DNA from: a virus
Length of the DNA: 64,000 bases
Strand: one strand, 5' to 3'
Virus record (IMG/VR): IMGVR_UViG_3300016476_001599
Span: 1-64,000 of that record
Shown here: positions 20,710-29,533 of the stretch, piece by piece
Layout: each line of letters opens with the position of its first letter
Numbering within the stretch: the stretch's first letter is position 1
Position numbers and translations under genes: made by a program
Notes under the pieces: generated by a model
Told to the model about the DNA's origin: nothing
The model's database searches: none
Seen by the model: only the letters and a program-made list of their open reading frames with translations

Positions 20710-22663
20710 GCACGGCCACCCGCACGCCATGGGCGATACGGTTCTTTTCACTGCCATTGTGCGTGATCTGCACGCTGCCTACCCCGGAAAATACGTGACT
20801 GAGGTTGTTACAAATTTTACAAACGTGTGGTGGAACAATCCGCACGTTGTAAAGCTTTCCGCTTCGCAACGATCTTTAGCCCGAATTGTCACGATGGACT
20901 GGGGAAAAGCAATCAAGCAACATGCGATCGATGAAAAGGGAAACAAGCGACACATACTTTCCTGGTACCACCACAACTTCGAGGAGAAGACCGGTATAAA
21001 GGTTCCCGTCACAAAACCTAAAGCGGATTTGTATCTGTCGGATGACGAAAAGCCACGCCGTTTAGCCGGCAGGTACTGGGTGGTCGTATCGGGCGGTAAA
21101 CTTGACGCCACGGTAAAGCACTGGCACGCTCACCGCATGCAAGAAGTCGTCGACAGGCTTAAAGCTGAAGGGATAAACTGCGTGCAAGTGGGCGCAACAC
21201 AAACCAACCATGTTCACCCACCACTGGAGCGAACGCTCAATCTCATCGGGCAGACGGATAATGTCCGGGACTTGTGGAACATCATATTGCATTCAGACGG
21301 CGTGATATGCGGCATCACAGGGGCGATGCACATAGCCGCCGCGTTTGACAAGCCTTGCGTGGTGTACGCGGGAGGAAGGGAGGATCCTTGGTTTGAGGCC
21401 TACACGAACGAATACAAAGCTTTCGGTCCGGAAGCTGCGGCAGTCAGTGTGCCACATCGTTACCTTCACACCATGGGCAAGCTACCGTGCTGCGAAACGT
21501 ACGGGTGCTGGCGAAACAGGGTAGTTCCGCTAGACCCTACCGACAGGAACCGAAAGGTACATTTGCTTTGTCAAAATCCCGTGAAACCGATTGAAACGCA
21601 TCCTGTAGCCGGCTGCCAGGACTTGATATCAGCTGCCGACGTGGTTTCGGCTGTGCTGTCTTACTATTCCGCCGGTACGATTCCGGCGATCGACAAGTCT
21701 TCTGTTGTAAGCCGGAGCATTCAAGTACCGGTTGTTGAGTTGGTGGAGTACAAGGAATCCACTGTGCAGCTTATACGTGAGCCGTCGCGGCCCGAGGTAA
21801 CGCAGAAACCGCACCAGATGTCGCACCCCTTGGAACTCAAAGCGAATCAGACGGGGCGAATCACAAAGACAATTCAAGGCATAGATGATCCGGTAATCGG
21901 CGGAAAGGTCACGATCTTTGTCCTGTGCTACGGTCCGTACACGTCCCTTGCAACGCGTTGCATTGACGGCATACTTCGAACGGTGCCTGCCGACAAGCTG
22001 GACCTTCGCGTCGCCACTAATCAAGTACCTAAGTCCACTTTGAATTATTTGAAAACGACACCTGCTACGAAAATCTACGAGCACAATGCTAACGATTTCA
22101 AATATCCGGTAATGCGGCAAATGTTTTACGATGAATCGCACCCGATTAAGACCGAGTACATGGTCTGGTTTGACGACGATACGTGGATTGTTAACCCTGC
22201 CTGGCTCAGCGACCTGTGCACGACCATCGTCGCAAACCATAAAAACGGCTTTAGACTTTATGGTAACATGATGTTTCACGATCTTGGCATTTACGCAAAC
22301 GCCGGCTACCGACCCGACAGCTGGTTCAAAGCGGCGACCTGGCATAAAGGCAAGCCGCTTAGATCGAAAACCGGCGGCGAGGACGCTTCGAACGGCTCTG
22401 TAATCGATTTCGCGGTTGGATGGTGCTGGGCACTGCACACGCAGACTATGCAGCAGGCAGACATTCCCGACTGTCGTTTGCTTCACAATGGAGGCGACAT
22501 TGCAATCGGAGAGCAGCTGCACCAGGCCGGATATGGTATAAAGCAGTGGAACAAAAACAAAAGTCTTATTGCTTGCCCGTCAAGAGAGCAAGGAGGAAGA
22601 CGAGGGGCAAGTCAGCGTTTTCCGTGGGACCCTAAATTCGAGATGTCACAAATTAGGCGATAA
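20681..22663 (+). CDS. Two-domain glycosyltransferase: GT9 (heptosyltransferase-like) plus GT-A-like domain
   Basis: HAMGDTV, KHW, TGAMHIAAAFDKPCVV (GT9-like); C-terminal KVTIFVLCY and WFDDDTW DxD motif. Confidence 0.8.
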   Translation: MPEKIPLVLKHGHPHAMGDTVLFTAIVRDLHAAYPGKYVTEVVTNFTNVWWNNPHVVKLSASQRSLARIVTMDWGKAIKQHAIDEKGNKRHILSWYHHNFEEKTGIKVPVTKPKADLYLSDDEKPRRLAGRYWVVVSGGKLDATVKHWHAHRMQEVVDRLKAEGINCVQVGATQTNHVHPPLERTLNLIGQTDNVRDLWNIILHSDGVICGITGAMHIAAAFDKPCVVYAGGREDPWFEAYTNEYKAFGPEAAAVSVPHRYLHTMGKLPCCETYGCWRNRVVPLDPTDRNRKVHLLCQNPVKPIETHPVAGCQDLISAADVVSAVLSYYSAGTIPAIDKSSVVSRSIQVPVVELVEYKESTVQLIREPSRPEVTQKPHQMSHPLELKANQTGRITKTIQGIDDPVIGGKVTIFVLCYGPYTSLATRCIDGILRTVPADKLDLRVATNQVPKSTLNYLKTTPATKIYEHNANDFKYPVMRQMFYDESHPIKTEYMVWFDDDTWIVNPAWLSDLCTTIVANHKNGFRLYGNMMFHDLGIYANAGYRPDSWFKAATWHKGKPLRSKTGGEDASNGSVIDFAVGWCWALHTQTMQQADIPDCRLLHNGGDIAIGEQLHQAGYGIKQWNKNKSLIACPSREQGGRRGASQRFPWDPKFEMSQIRR

Positions 22664-22665
22664 AC

Positions 22666-23280
22666 ATGAAAAAAGTTTTTACGTATTACGAGCCAGTTAG
22701 CCAGCTTGAACATCAACTGGAACAGATTGACATCTGCAGGCAATCCTGGGAAAGAAACGGTTGGCAGTTGGAAGTGATTGGAGAATCTGTTGCAAGAAGA
22801 TCCGCTTTTTACACTCAATATGTTGAAGCCATAGCCGGGCTTCCAACCGTAAATCCTGGCAAATACGACTACCATTGTTACATGCGTTGGTTGGCCATGT
22901 CCGAGACCGGTGGCGGCATCATGATAGATTACGATGTCGTGAATATCTCTCTGATGCAGCCAGATGTCTTCGAAGCTTCAGCGATCGCAGTGCACTGCGG
23001 TCACGTACCTTGCACTGTGTCCGGCTCTGCCGCCAATTACCTGCGAGTTTGTCGGGAATTTTGCGACATGGCGAAACGACCTTCGCATTTTATTGAAATT
23101 TTCGGCAAACCCCACACTTCTGACATGGTTATGCTGGCCACCGGGCTTATCCAGTTCGACGAAAAATACACCGTAACGGAATACCCAGTGCCCGGGCAAC
23201 TTGTACACTGCAAGACAGACGCCTGCAATCTTGCAAAAAAACCAAAATTAGAGATAATGAAATCGTTGCTTGGCCCGTAA
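22666..23280 (+). CDS. Putative GT-A glycosyltransferase
   Basis: SWERNGW; CYMRWLAM..GGGIMIDYDV DxD motif. Confidence 0.6.
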   Translation: MKKVFTYYEPVSQLEHQLEQIDICRQSWERNGWQLEVIGESVARRSAFYTQYVEAIAGLPTVNPGKYDYHCYMRWLAMSETGGGIMIDYDVVNISLMQPDVFEASAIAVHCGHVPCTVSGSAANYLRVCREFCDMAKRPSHFIEIFGKPHTSDMVMLATGLIQFDEKYTVTEYPVPGQLVHCKTDACNLAKKPKLEIMKSLLGP

Positions 23281-23295
23281 TTTGAGGCAAAATAG

Positions 23296-23733
23296 ATGGC
23301 TAGAAGGATCCAGCTTACAAAGTCAGAAACCGGAACTGTCGTATTTCCAAACTACGGTGCTTACCGCTTACGTGTCGACGTGACGGATTTCGAGGGAAAC
23401 GACATAGACGGTAACGTGTTCATTTACCGTCGAAACCCACCTAGCCCACACACGGATCTTAGTACGGATATATTTGAAGCGGTTGCAGGACCGCCACAAC
23501 TTGCAGACATACCTGCGGGTGCTCCGGATCCGGATCAAAGCTGGCCTTACTATCGCTTGAGCTACGTAGAGCTCGACGTTGCCTCGACGGCTCAAGCGAC
23601 GGCTATTTGGGATGAAATACAGCACGAAGTCGGAGTGCTTGTCGCGGCAATGAACCGGCTGGACACACTGCAGCCAACGCAAGTCGTTTGGATACCCGAC
23701 GCACCTGAAACCTCCACATCGAGTTCCATCTAA
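23296..23733 (+). CDS. Hypothetical protein
   Basis: 145-aa ORF with RBS gagg. Confidence 0.6.
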   Translation: MARRIQLTKSETGTVVFPNYGAYRLRVDVTDFEGNDIDGNVFIYRRNPPSPHTDLSTDIFEAVAGPPQLADIPAGAPDPDQSWPYYRLSYVELDVASTAQATAIWDEIQHEVGVLVAAMNRLDTLQPTQVVWIPDAPETSTSSSI

Positions 23734-23734
23734 C

Positions 23735-24031
23735 ATGGCAACACACAAACTGCTGGTACTCGAGGACACAGTTCTCCTTACACTCGCGACCAACCCGAAT
23801 TTCGTGCGGGAATTTCCGTTCCTTGCGAGCGGAGCTGTTCCCACGGCAAAGAAAAGCTGCAAGCCCTGCAACCGGGCGGCGTCCAAACGCGTGCAGGCAA
23901 TGCAAACCATAAAGCAGTCTATTGTCAACATGGGCGTCGAGAAGAAGAAACGGCTGAAAGAGATGCTTAGCGCGGAGAAGCTGCGGCTTCGTGTTGCTCA
24001 AAACGGTAAGGTCGTAGAGTACACTTTTTAG
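23735..24031 (+). CDS. Basic protein with CxxC
   Basis: KSCKPC; Lys/Arg-rich. Confidence 0.6.
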   Translation: MATHKLLVLEDTVLLTLATNPNFVREFPFLASGAVPTAKKSCKPCNRAASKRVQAMQTIKQSIVNMGVEKKKRLKEMLSAEKLRLRVAQNGKVVEYTF

Positions 24032-24059
24032 ACCTTAATTTAGGGTAAAAACGTGTCAG

Positions 24060-24870
24060 AATAATATGCAGACGACTTATCGTTTGCAGGTCGGTCGAAG
24101 TACAAAGGCAAACGTACTTTCACTGGCTAAAGTCGAGTATCGCAAAAACCGCACTCGCTTGATTTAAAATCAAGACGAGGGTAACAGCGTCTTTTGTCTT
24201 TGCGATATTTGCGGGCGGCTAGCACTTGTGTCGTCCATACCGAGATCTTCTCTATACGGGTCTCGTGAAGCATTACTGTGTGGCGTGTAAAGGTACACGT
24301 GGCACGGTTTCAGGGTTGAACTAAAAGTCTGAAAAGACATCCCCTAGTTAGTGAAAAACTGTTCCGACAATTAGTCCTAAATTTCTCTGGGCTTCTTTGT
24401 TGGCGTCTTATCGTATCTTTTTACGCAAGGCGAAGCCAAAAAGCAGTGAACGTTCCGAGAACATACCTTCTCGTTAAAACATAGGTAACGTGGTTACTAG
24501 CTCCACTAAAAGAAGGCTAGCAGATGTTTTGATCAAAAACGATTAAAGCACCCAGTGCGAGGCTGGCGTTTTGTCCAACGTAAAACGATACGCAAAGCTA
24601 CCGCGAAGGGGCCATTAATAATCCGGGGAAGTTCTGGATCGCTTAGCAAGCGGCAACAGCTCGTACCCTTAGGCTAACAACCTAAGCTAGCCTTGGCATA
24701 CAGGTAAAAATGCAGAGCTCACTCTCTTAGGGGTCCTAGTTACAGGACTCGATTACCGCAAGCATAAAGACTGGTGAGAGTCTTTATTGAGTAAGCGGTA
24801 TATGGCACCACGAATCAGCCTCTACGTGGCGGTGCTAGATAACCAACCGATGATTCATTCCGCGTGTTTT
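24060..24870 (+). ncRNA. Candidate large structured non-coding RNA (~800 nt); strand inferred from flanking genes
   Basis: No ORF >=60 aa in any frame across 24032-24948; many consecutive stem-loops with G-U pairs and at least one longer-range helix. Confidence 0.65.
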
Positions 24871-24874
24871 ACCT

Positions 24875-24907
24875 CGCAAGCCCTACCGCATTCAGTGAAT
24901 GCTGCGG
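24875..24907 (+). repeat. 33-bp hairpin repeat, copy 1
   Basis: cgcaagccctaccgcattcagtgaatgctgcgg; one mismatch to 25587-25619. Confidence 0.85.
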
Positions 24908-24948
24908 CGAGGTTTATTGGTATCGCATTCACATTTGAACAGTGAAAA

Positions 24949-25272
24949 ATGGAAATGGAAAAGGTTCACGGACACTATTTAGAAGACTTCGGCAATTTTC
25001 GCGCTCTCTTCTGTCTGCGAGAGGGTGCCGGATCCGAAGAGGTGTGCAACGCATTTCTGCGTCGCGCAGCTTTGGACTTAACCGTCGAGTCGATGGTCAA
25101 TAAGTCGTTTGTCGCCGTTGCGACAAACTTCTCCAATGTCATGGTCTTGTATGTCCATGACCGCACCTACATTTTCGCAGCGGTCGAGTTCGACCAATAC
25201 GAAAAGAAACTCCAATCGCGACATCCTAAGTGGAATGTCGCAGGATTTCTTGCAAGTTTACCTTGGTTTTGA
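24949..25272 (+). CDS. Hypothetical protein
   Basis: 107-aa ORF. Confidence 0.5.
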   Translation: MEMEKVHGHYLEDFGNFRALFCLREGAGSEEVCNAFLRRAALDLTVESMVNKSFVAVATNFSNVMVLYVHDRTYIFAAVEFDQYEKKLQSRHPKWNVAGFLASLPWF

Positions 25273-25292
25273 CAAAGAAAAGAATAACTGTT

Positions 25293-25574
25293 ATGAAAAG
25301 TTTGAGATCCATTATTTGTGTCGCGGTTCTTGTTATTAATGCGATGGTTATTCTAGAAGGACGTGAGACCTTGCCAAAAGATGTACCGTCATTTTCGAAC
25401 GTAGCCTACCGTGAGGACATAAGCCTCCGGCAGAGAACCGTGTTTGGGCTGGCAATGGTGGCAGCCAAATGGGAGGTGGAAGACTATTACGTTTTCAAAA
25501 TCGCACGCCTCCGCGAAAAAAGAGACATTTGGCCAGTTTCGACAATTTTCAGCGAAGGAAAATGGCACAAGTAA
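25293..25574 (+). CDS. Small exported or membrane protein
   Basis: MKSLRSIICVAVLVINAMVIL N-terminus. Confidence 0.5.
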   Translation: MKSLRSIICVAVLVINAMVILEGRETLPKDVPSFSNVAYREDISLRQRTVFGLAMVAAKWEVEDYYVFKIARLREKRDIWPVSTIFSEGKWHK

Positions 25575-25586
25575 TTGTGCCTAGCA

Positions 25587-25630
25587 CGCAAGCCCTACCG
25601 CATTCAGTGGATGCTGCGGTGGGGCTTTTT
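25587..25630 (+). terminator. 33-bp hairpin repeat copy 2; intrinsic terminator-like
   Basis: aagccctaccgca...tgcggtggggctt stem followed by T-run. Confidence 0.7.
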
Positions 25631-25656
25631 ACTTTTGCATCCACAAGGATAAAACT

Positions 25657-26025
25657 ATGCGCACAATTGCTTTGATCGTTTTCACTTTTTCGATGTTGTT
25701 TTCCCTTTCGGTCATGCAAGGAGATGAAGGCAAGCTTCCCGCCAAAAAGCGGGAGCAGATGGAAGCACAAGTTACACGGGAGTTTCAAAATTCTTTCTGG
25801 ATGGGTTTTGTCATTCAACGCGGAGAACTGGGCCCGATTTTCAGGCGTTCAATGGACAAGGTTCTCGCGAAAAAAATTCACGAGTTAACGGATGACGAGC
25901 TTGTCATTCTTAACAAGAGGATGGCGGATCTGACCGAAGAAGAGACAGAGGTTGTGCGAGCTTTTACGGCTCGGACAACGTGGAATGTGATGTTTACCAT
26001 CGTTTTTATGGACGCGAACAGATAA
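25657..26025 (+). CDS. Signal-peptide protein
   Basis: RBS aagga; hydrophobic N-terminus. Confidence 0.55.
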   Translation: MRTIALIVFTFSMLFSLSVMQGDEGKLPAKKREQMEAQVTREFQNSFWMGFVIQRGELGPIFRRSMDKVLAKKIHELTDDELVILNKRMADLTEEETEVVRAFTARTTWNVMFTIVFMDANR

Positions 26026-26039
26026 AGTCAAGGTGACAC

Positions 26040-26774
26040 ATGAAACCTAAAGAACTAAAGACGATTTTGGACGATCACGACAAGTGGTTACGTGGCGAGC
26101 AAGGCAAGCGGGCCAGCTTAAGCGGGGCCGACCTTGCCGGGGCCAGCCTTCACCGGGCCAACCTTCGCGGGGCAGACCTGAGCGGGGCTGACGTGAGCGG
26201 AGCCAACCTGAACGAAACCAACCTTCTCGGGGCCAACCTTCGCGGGGCCAACCTAAGTAGGGCCAGCCTAAGCGAGGCCAACCTGAGAGAGGCCGACCTA
26301 AACGGGGCCAACCTACGCTTGGCCGACCTAAGCAAGGCCAACCTTCTCTGGGCCGACCTTCGCTGGACCAACCTAAGCAAGGCCAACCTAAGCGGTGCCA
26401 ACCTACGCGGGGCCTACCTAAGCGGGGCCAACCTGTGCGAGGCCGATCTAAGCGGGGCCGACCTAGGCGGGGCCAACCTGAGCGGGGCCAACCTTCGCGA
26501 GGCCAACCTTCGCGGGGCCAACCTTCGCGGGGCCAGAGTTGACGCTGCAGTATGCCGGATGGATTTTGGAGGTTGGTCGGTCTGCGTTTACGCTGACAAA
26601 ACCTCTATCGGCTGCCGGCAGCACATTAACGAGGAATGGTTAGCGTGGACCCCGGAAAGTAAGGAAATCAAAGAGATGCACTCCGATGCATCTGCTTGGT
26701 GGGCGACGCACGGGGAGGCAATTAAAGGCGTAATCCGATGCGTAATGGCTAAAGCGAAAGGCGGTGAAGCGTGA
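26040..26774 (+). CDS. Pentapeptide-repeat protein (paralog A)
   Basis: A(N/D)LxG repeats; N-cap ILDDHDKWL; C-terminal IGC domain. Confidence 0.9.
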   Translation: MKPKELKTILDDHDKWLRGEQGKRASLSGADLAGASLHRANLRGADLSGADVSGANLNETNLLGANLRGANLSRASLSEANLREADLNGANLRLADLSKANLLWADLRWTNLSKANLSGANLRGAYLSGANLCEADLSGADLGGANLSGANLREANLRGANLRGARVDAAVCRMDFGGWSVCVYADKTSIGCRQHINEEWLAWTPESKEIKEMHSDASAWWATHGEAIKGVIRCVMAKAKGGEA

Positions 26775-27283
26775 GGACGGCAGACTTAATGTCCGGGCTG
26801 ACGCCTGGAACGTGCCTTTGGCGGGATTTCTCCGTCAACAAAAACCACGAAGTTAAATTATCTAGCGTCCCGTTCACGCGAACCGACAAAGGTAATTTTA
26901 CCGCCCGTTTGCTGTTCTACGGTACCTGGCTTTTTGAGCCTACGGTGTGGAACCGGTCGGTTAAACCGCACGGATTCGTGGTCTTTGTGGACGAGCTTCC
27001 ACCCGACGACTGGACGCACCTAACGGTGCAAAGGGTCGCCGGTAACCGGAAATCGCTCACAGCAAAGTACGGAGGAGCGCTACCAAGCCTGGAAGAGTAC
27101 TTAGTATTCTGCCAACAGTCCTTCAAGTTGAAGCAGGAAACCTTGAATGACACGCTGCAAAAGAAAATTCAAGCCGGTCTTTCGCTGAAGGTTTCACTTC
27201 CGAAGGAACAGCACCGCATGGTTGTCGATCATCACTTCGATGGATCGGATTTAGTCCCGACTTTTCAATATGTCGAAAGGTAA
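26771..27283 (+). CDS. Hypothetical protein
   Basis: GTGA overlap with upstream gene. Confidence 0.55.
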   Translation: MRTADLMSGLTPGTCLWRDFSVNKNHEVKLSSVPFTRTDKGNFTARLLFYGTWLFEPTVWNRSVKPHGFVVFVDELPPDDWTHLTVQRVAGNRKSLTAKYGGALPSLEEYLVFCQQSFKLKQETLNDTLQKKIQAGLSLKVSLPKEQHRMVVDHHFDGSDLVPTFQYVER

Positions 27284-27286
27284 GAA

Positions 27287-27511
27287 ATGTCAGAAATTGA
27301 CGCGATCGCACTCGACGCAGTAATGAACAGCCTGAAACGCGCAGGTCTTTCTTGGCCGCACGGCGACCGAGAAACGCTTAAAGGTTTGATCCGAATTTAC
27401 TTCGGGGATATTTCAACTCGGCTAATTGCCGAGCTGGAAAAAATCGACAAGCAATGTCAGGCGGCACAACGTGCTGTTGACAACCTCCAGGTTGCTTGGA
27501 AAAAAAGATAA
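27287..27511 (+). CDS. Hypothetical protein
   Basis: 74-aa ORF. Confidence 0.5.
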   Translation: MSEIDAIALDAVMNSLKRAGLSWPHGDRETLKGLIRIYFGDISTRLIAELEKIDKQCQAAQRAVDNLQVAWKKR

Positions 27512-27542
27512 GAATCGAAAGAGAGTCTTTTGATTCAGTGCG

Positions 27543-27616
27543 GTGACCGTAGCTCAACAGGTTAGAGCAGGAGACTCATAATCTCTCGGTTCCCGGTTCA
27601 AGTCCGGGCGGTCACA
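27543..27616 (+). tRNA. tRNA with CAT anticodon (probably tRNA-Ile2, otherwise elongator Met); CCA not encoded
   Basis: GTGACCG/CGGTCAC acceptor, GCTC/GAGC D-arm, GGAGA-CTCATAA-TCTCT anticodon arm, CCCGG-TTCAAGT-CCGGG T-arm. Confidence 0.92.
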
Positions 27617-27679
27617 CTGTTGACATCTGCCATGTGGCAGCTGTTACCTTGTTTGTTAGACCTTTTCACAGGAGTTGAT

Positions 27680-27931
27680 ATGGTAGGTTTAATGAAGAAG
27701 AAGAACCGCAAGGAGTGGTTCGATAAAATTGCGAGAGAGGTGCACAAGCTGGACAGCCATGCTGTAAGCTATTACCCGTTTCGAAAAGGCGGGGCCTCGA
27801 AAGAGGAAATCACATGGGAGCTCAAGCAGCGAGGCTTGCAGTCGGTGCAGTTCTACCCCACCTTTTTCGAGGTGTTTACTCCGGTTAAACCCGCGGAAAA
27901 CGAGCAACCATCGGCAAAAGCTTGTCTCTAA
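27680..27931 (+). CDS. Hypothetical protein
   Basis: RBS aggag before ATG 27680. Confidence 0.55.
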   Translation: MVGLMKKKNRKEWFDKIAREVHKLDSHAVSYYPFRKGGASKEEITWELKQRGLQSVQFYPTFFEVFTPVKPAENEQPSAKACL

Positions 27932-27953
27932 CGCAAGACTTCAGGGAGGAAGT

Positions 27954-28115
27954 ATGCTCAGACTGGTTTTAATTCTTACGTTTCTGGCAGGCGGTTGCGC
28001 CGCCCCCAGGCAACAAACCTTAAGGGTGGACGTCTACGCACGTAATGTAGATGTCCTTGACGCTAAACTTTCAGGGAACGGCGATGTTGCGGTTTCCTAT
28101 TCATCCGTTTGGTAA
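27954..28115 (+). CDS. Small lipoprotein (53 aa, below ORF-track cutoff)
   Basis: RBS ggagga; MLRLVLILTFLAGGC lipobox. Confidence 0.6.
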   Translation: MLRLVLILTFLAGGCAAPRQQTLRVDVYARNVDVLDAKLSGNGDVAVSYSSVW

Positions 28116-28128
28116 GAAAGACAGAATC

Positions 28129-28362
28129 ATGGTTTCCGCAATTAAGAAATCCCGTAACGCTTTCGTGGCGGCTAGAAGTGTGATTGTCGTGAAGCGTAAA
28201 AGCCTCAAGGCTTTCCAGGCCGAACCGCAAGATCCGTGGAAGGTCGGTTTAGAAAGTACGACCGACCAACTGTCGCCAGAAGAGCTGGTTTCCTGGTTTC
28301 GCCAGGGTTACTCGCCCGCTGATATCAACAAGACGAAACCTTCACGTCTTACCTTCGAGTAA
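28129..28362 (+). CDS. Hypothetical protein
   Basis: ATG at 28129 in the track ORF. Confidence 0.45.
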   Translation: MVSAIKKSRNAFVAARSVIVVKRKSLKAFQAEPQDPWKVGLESTTDQLSPEELVSWFRQGYSPADINKTKPSRLTFE

Positions 28363-28395
28363 CAAAAGAACCTGAGAAAGGCTTTTAATTTGTCG

Positions 28396-28764
28396 ATGTC
28401 AAATACAAAGTTATCGATTACACGCCGAGTCTGCAATCAGCCGAATCCGCCAGATGATAGCTGCTTCCTACTAGGCGAGACGGAGTTTCAAGTGCGAGCT
28501 TCGTCGCAAAATACCGCGCAAGTCTGCGTCGTACCACCGGGCGGAAAGCCGAGCTACCTGCGTTTTCTTGCTAAAGACAAGCCGTTGAAGCACGGGAAGT
28601 GCTTGATCGAACTTGTCGAAGGCGGGTCAAACATCAGGCTCCGGTTCACCGCGCCGCAGTCAGTGGCGATCGACCGAAAGGAAGTTCGGCGAGCGAAGTT
28701 GGAGTCGGCTAACCGCCAACGGGCCACTGCGAAAACCGTAGACACGGTCGTCGCAAGCAAGTAA
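28396..28764 (+). CDS. CsrA/RsmA-like RNA-binding protein, about twice normal length
   Basis: N-terminal LSITRR and C-terminal NIRLRFTAPQSVAIDRKEV match CsrA beta1 and beta4-beta5-helix motifs. Confidence 0.65.
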   Translation: MSNTKLSITRRVCNQPNPPDDSCFLLGETEFQVRASSQNTAQVCVVPPGGKPSYLRFLAKDKPLKHGKCLIELVEGGSNIRLRFTAPQSVAIDRKEVRRAKLESANRQRATAKTVDTVVASK

Positions 28765-28813
28765 AATCCCGAAAAGTCTTGAGGTTTCATTTCTCTGTTT
28801 ATTAGAGGTCGAC

Positions 28814-29140
28814 ATGATCGAAGTAGTGCAGTGCCAGTTGTCTAGCGATAACACGAGGGCCATCGTGGCAGTCCGAAGTGATAAAAAATCGTTTCCGGAA
28901 CAAATCGAGGAACTAAGCACGGCGGAAGCCAGAAACACAGCTTTGAAAGCCGCGAGTTCCGCCGGCATCAAAGGGTCGCCTGGAATTTCCGGGACGTCGC
29001 AAGCGGTGCACCCTCGCAATAAGCAGGGAAAGGCCTTAGATGACCTTCGCGACAGTGACGGGAAACCGTTGGACTTCGCTCATCCGGACATGCAGCCAGC
29101 ATACTACCAGGCTGCTTTTGAGGTTACGGCAAAGGTATAA
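28814..29140 (+). CDS. Hypothetical protein
   Basis: RBS gaggt; 108 aa. Confidence 0.6.
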   Translation: MIEVVQCQLSSDNTRAIVAVRSDKKSFPEQIEELSTAEARNTALKAASSAGIKGSPGISGTSQAVHPRNKQGKALDDLRDSDGKPLDFAHPDMQPAYYQAAFEVTAKV

Positions 29141-29424
29141 GCTCAAGTTTTAATCCGGCGTTGCCAGCAAATCGCTAGCCGCTTCGGCGGCTAGCTAACG
29201 CACGGCGGCAACGGCCTAACGTTGCACTGACAAACAAGCCGACCGGGTGCGAACAAGTTCCGACAGACGGTCAGGTAAAAAAGCACCCTGACGCCCGCTA
29301 GGCCATCATGAACAAGCGAATCGGATAGCAAAGCATAAGGAGAAAAGCCATGAAGCGATAATGACTATAAGATGAGCCGAATTCGGAGGCAAAACCGATA
29401 AGGCGGCAACAGCCTGAGTTGCAA

Positions 29425-29494
29425 GGATCGGCGGCGTAAGGTGCTTTATACAAGGTGATGCTGCGTCTTGGCGGGTGAAAACCTTGCACGATCC
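29425..29494 (+). ncRNA. tRNA-like element 1 (degenerate)
   Basis: GGATCGG-CGGCGT...GCGGG-TGAAAAC-CTTGC-ACGATCC followed by T-run. Confidence 0.55.
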
Positions 29495-29533
29495 TTTTTT
29501 TGTTTGTTTAGTTTCTGTTTTGAAAGGGTTGAT

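Noticed and set aside
24032-24948. Group I/II intron, tmRNA or RNase P RNA
   Set aside because: Does not interrupt a gene, and I could not find domain V, P7, tmRNA-end or RNase P P4 hallmarks by eye; not formally excluded without Infernal.
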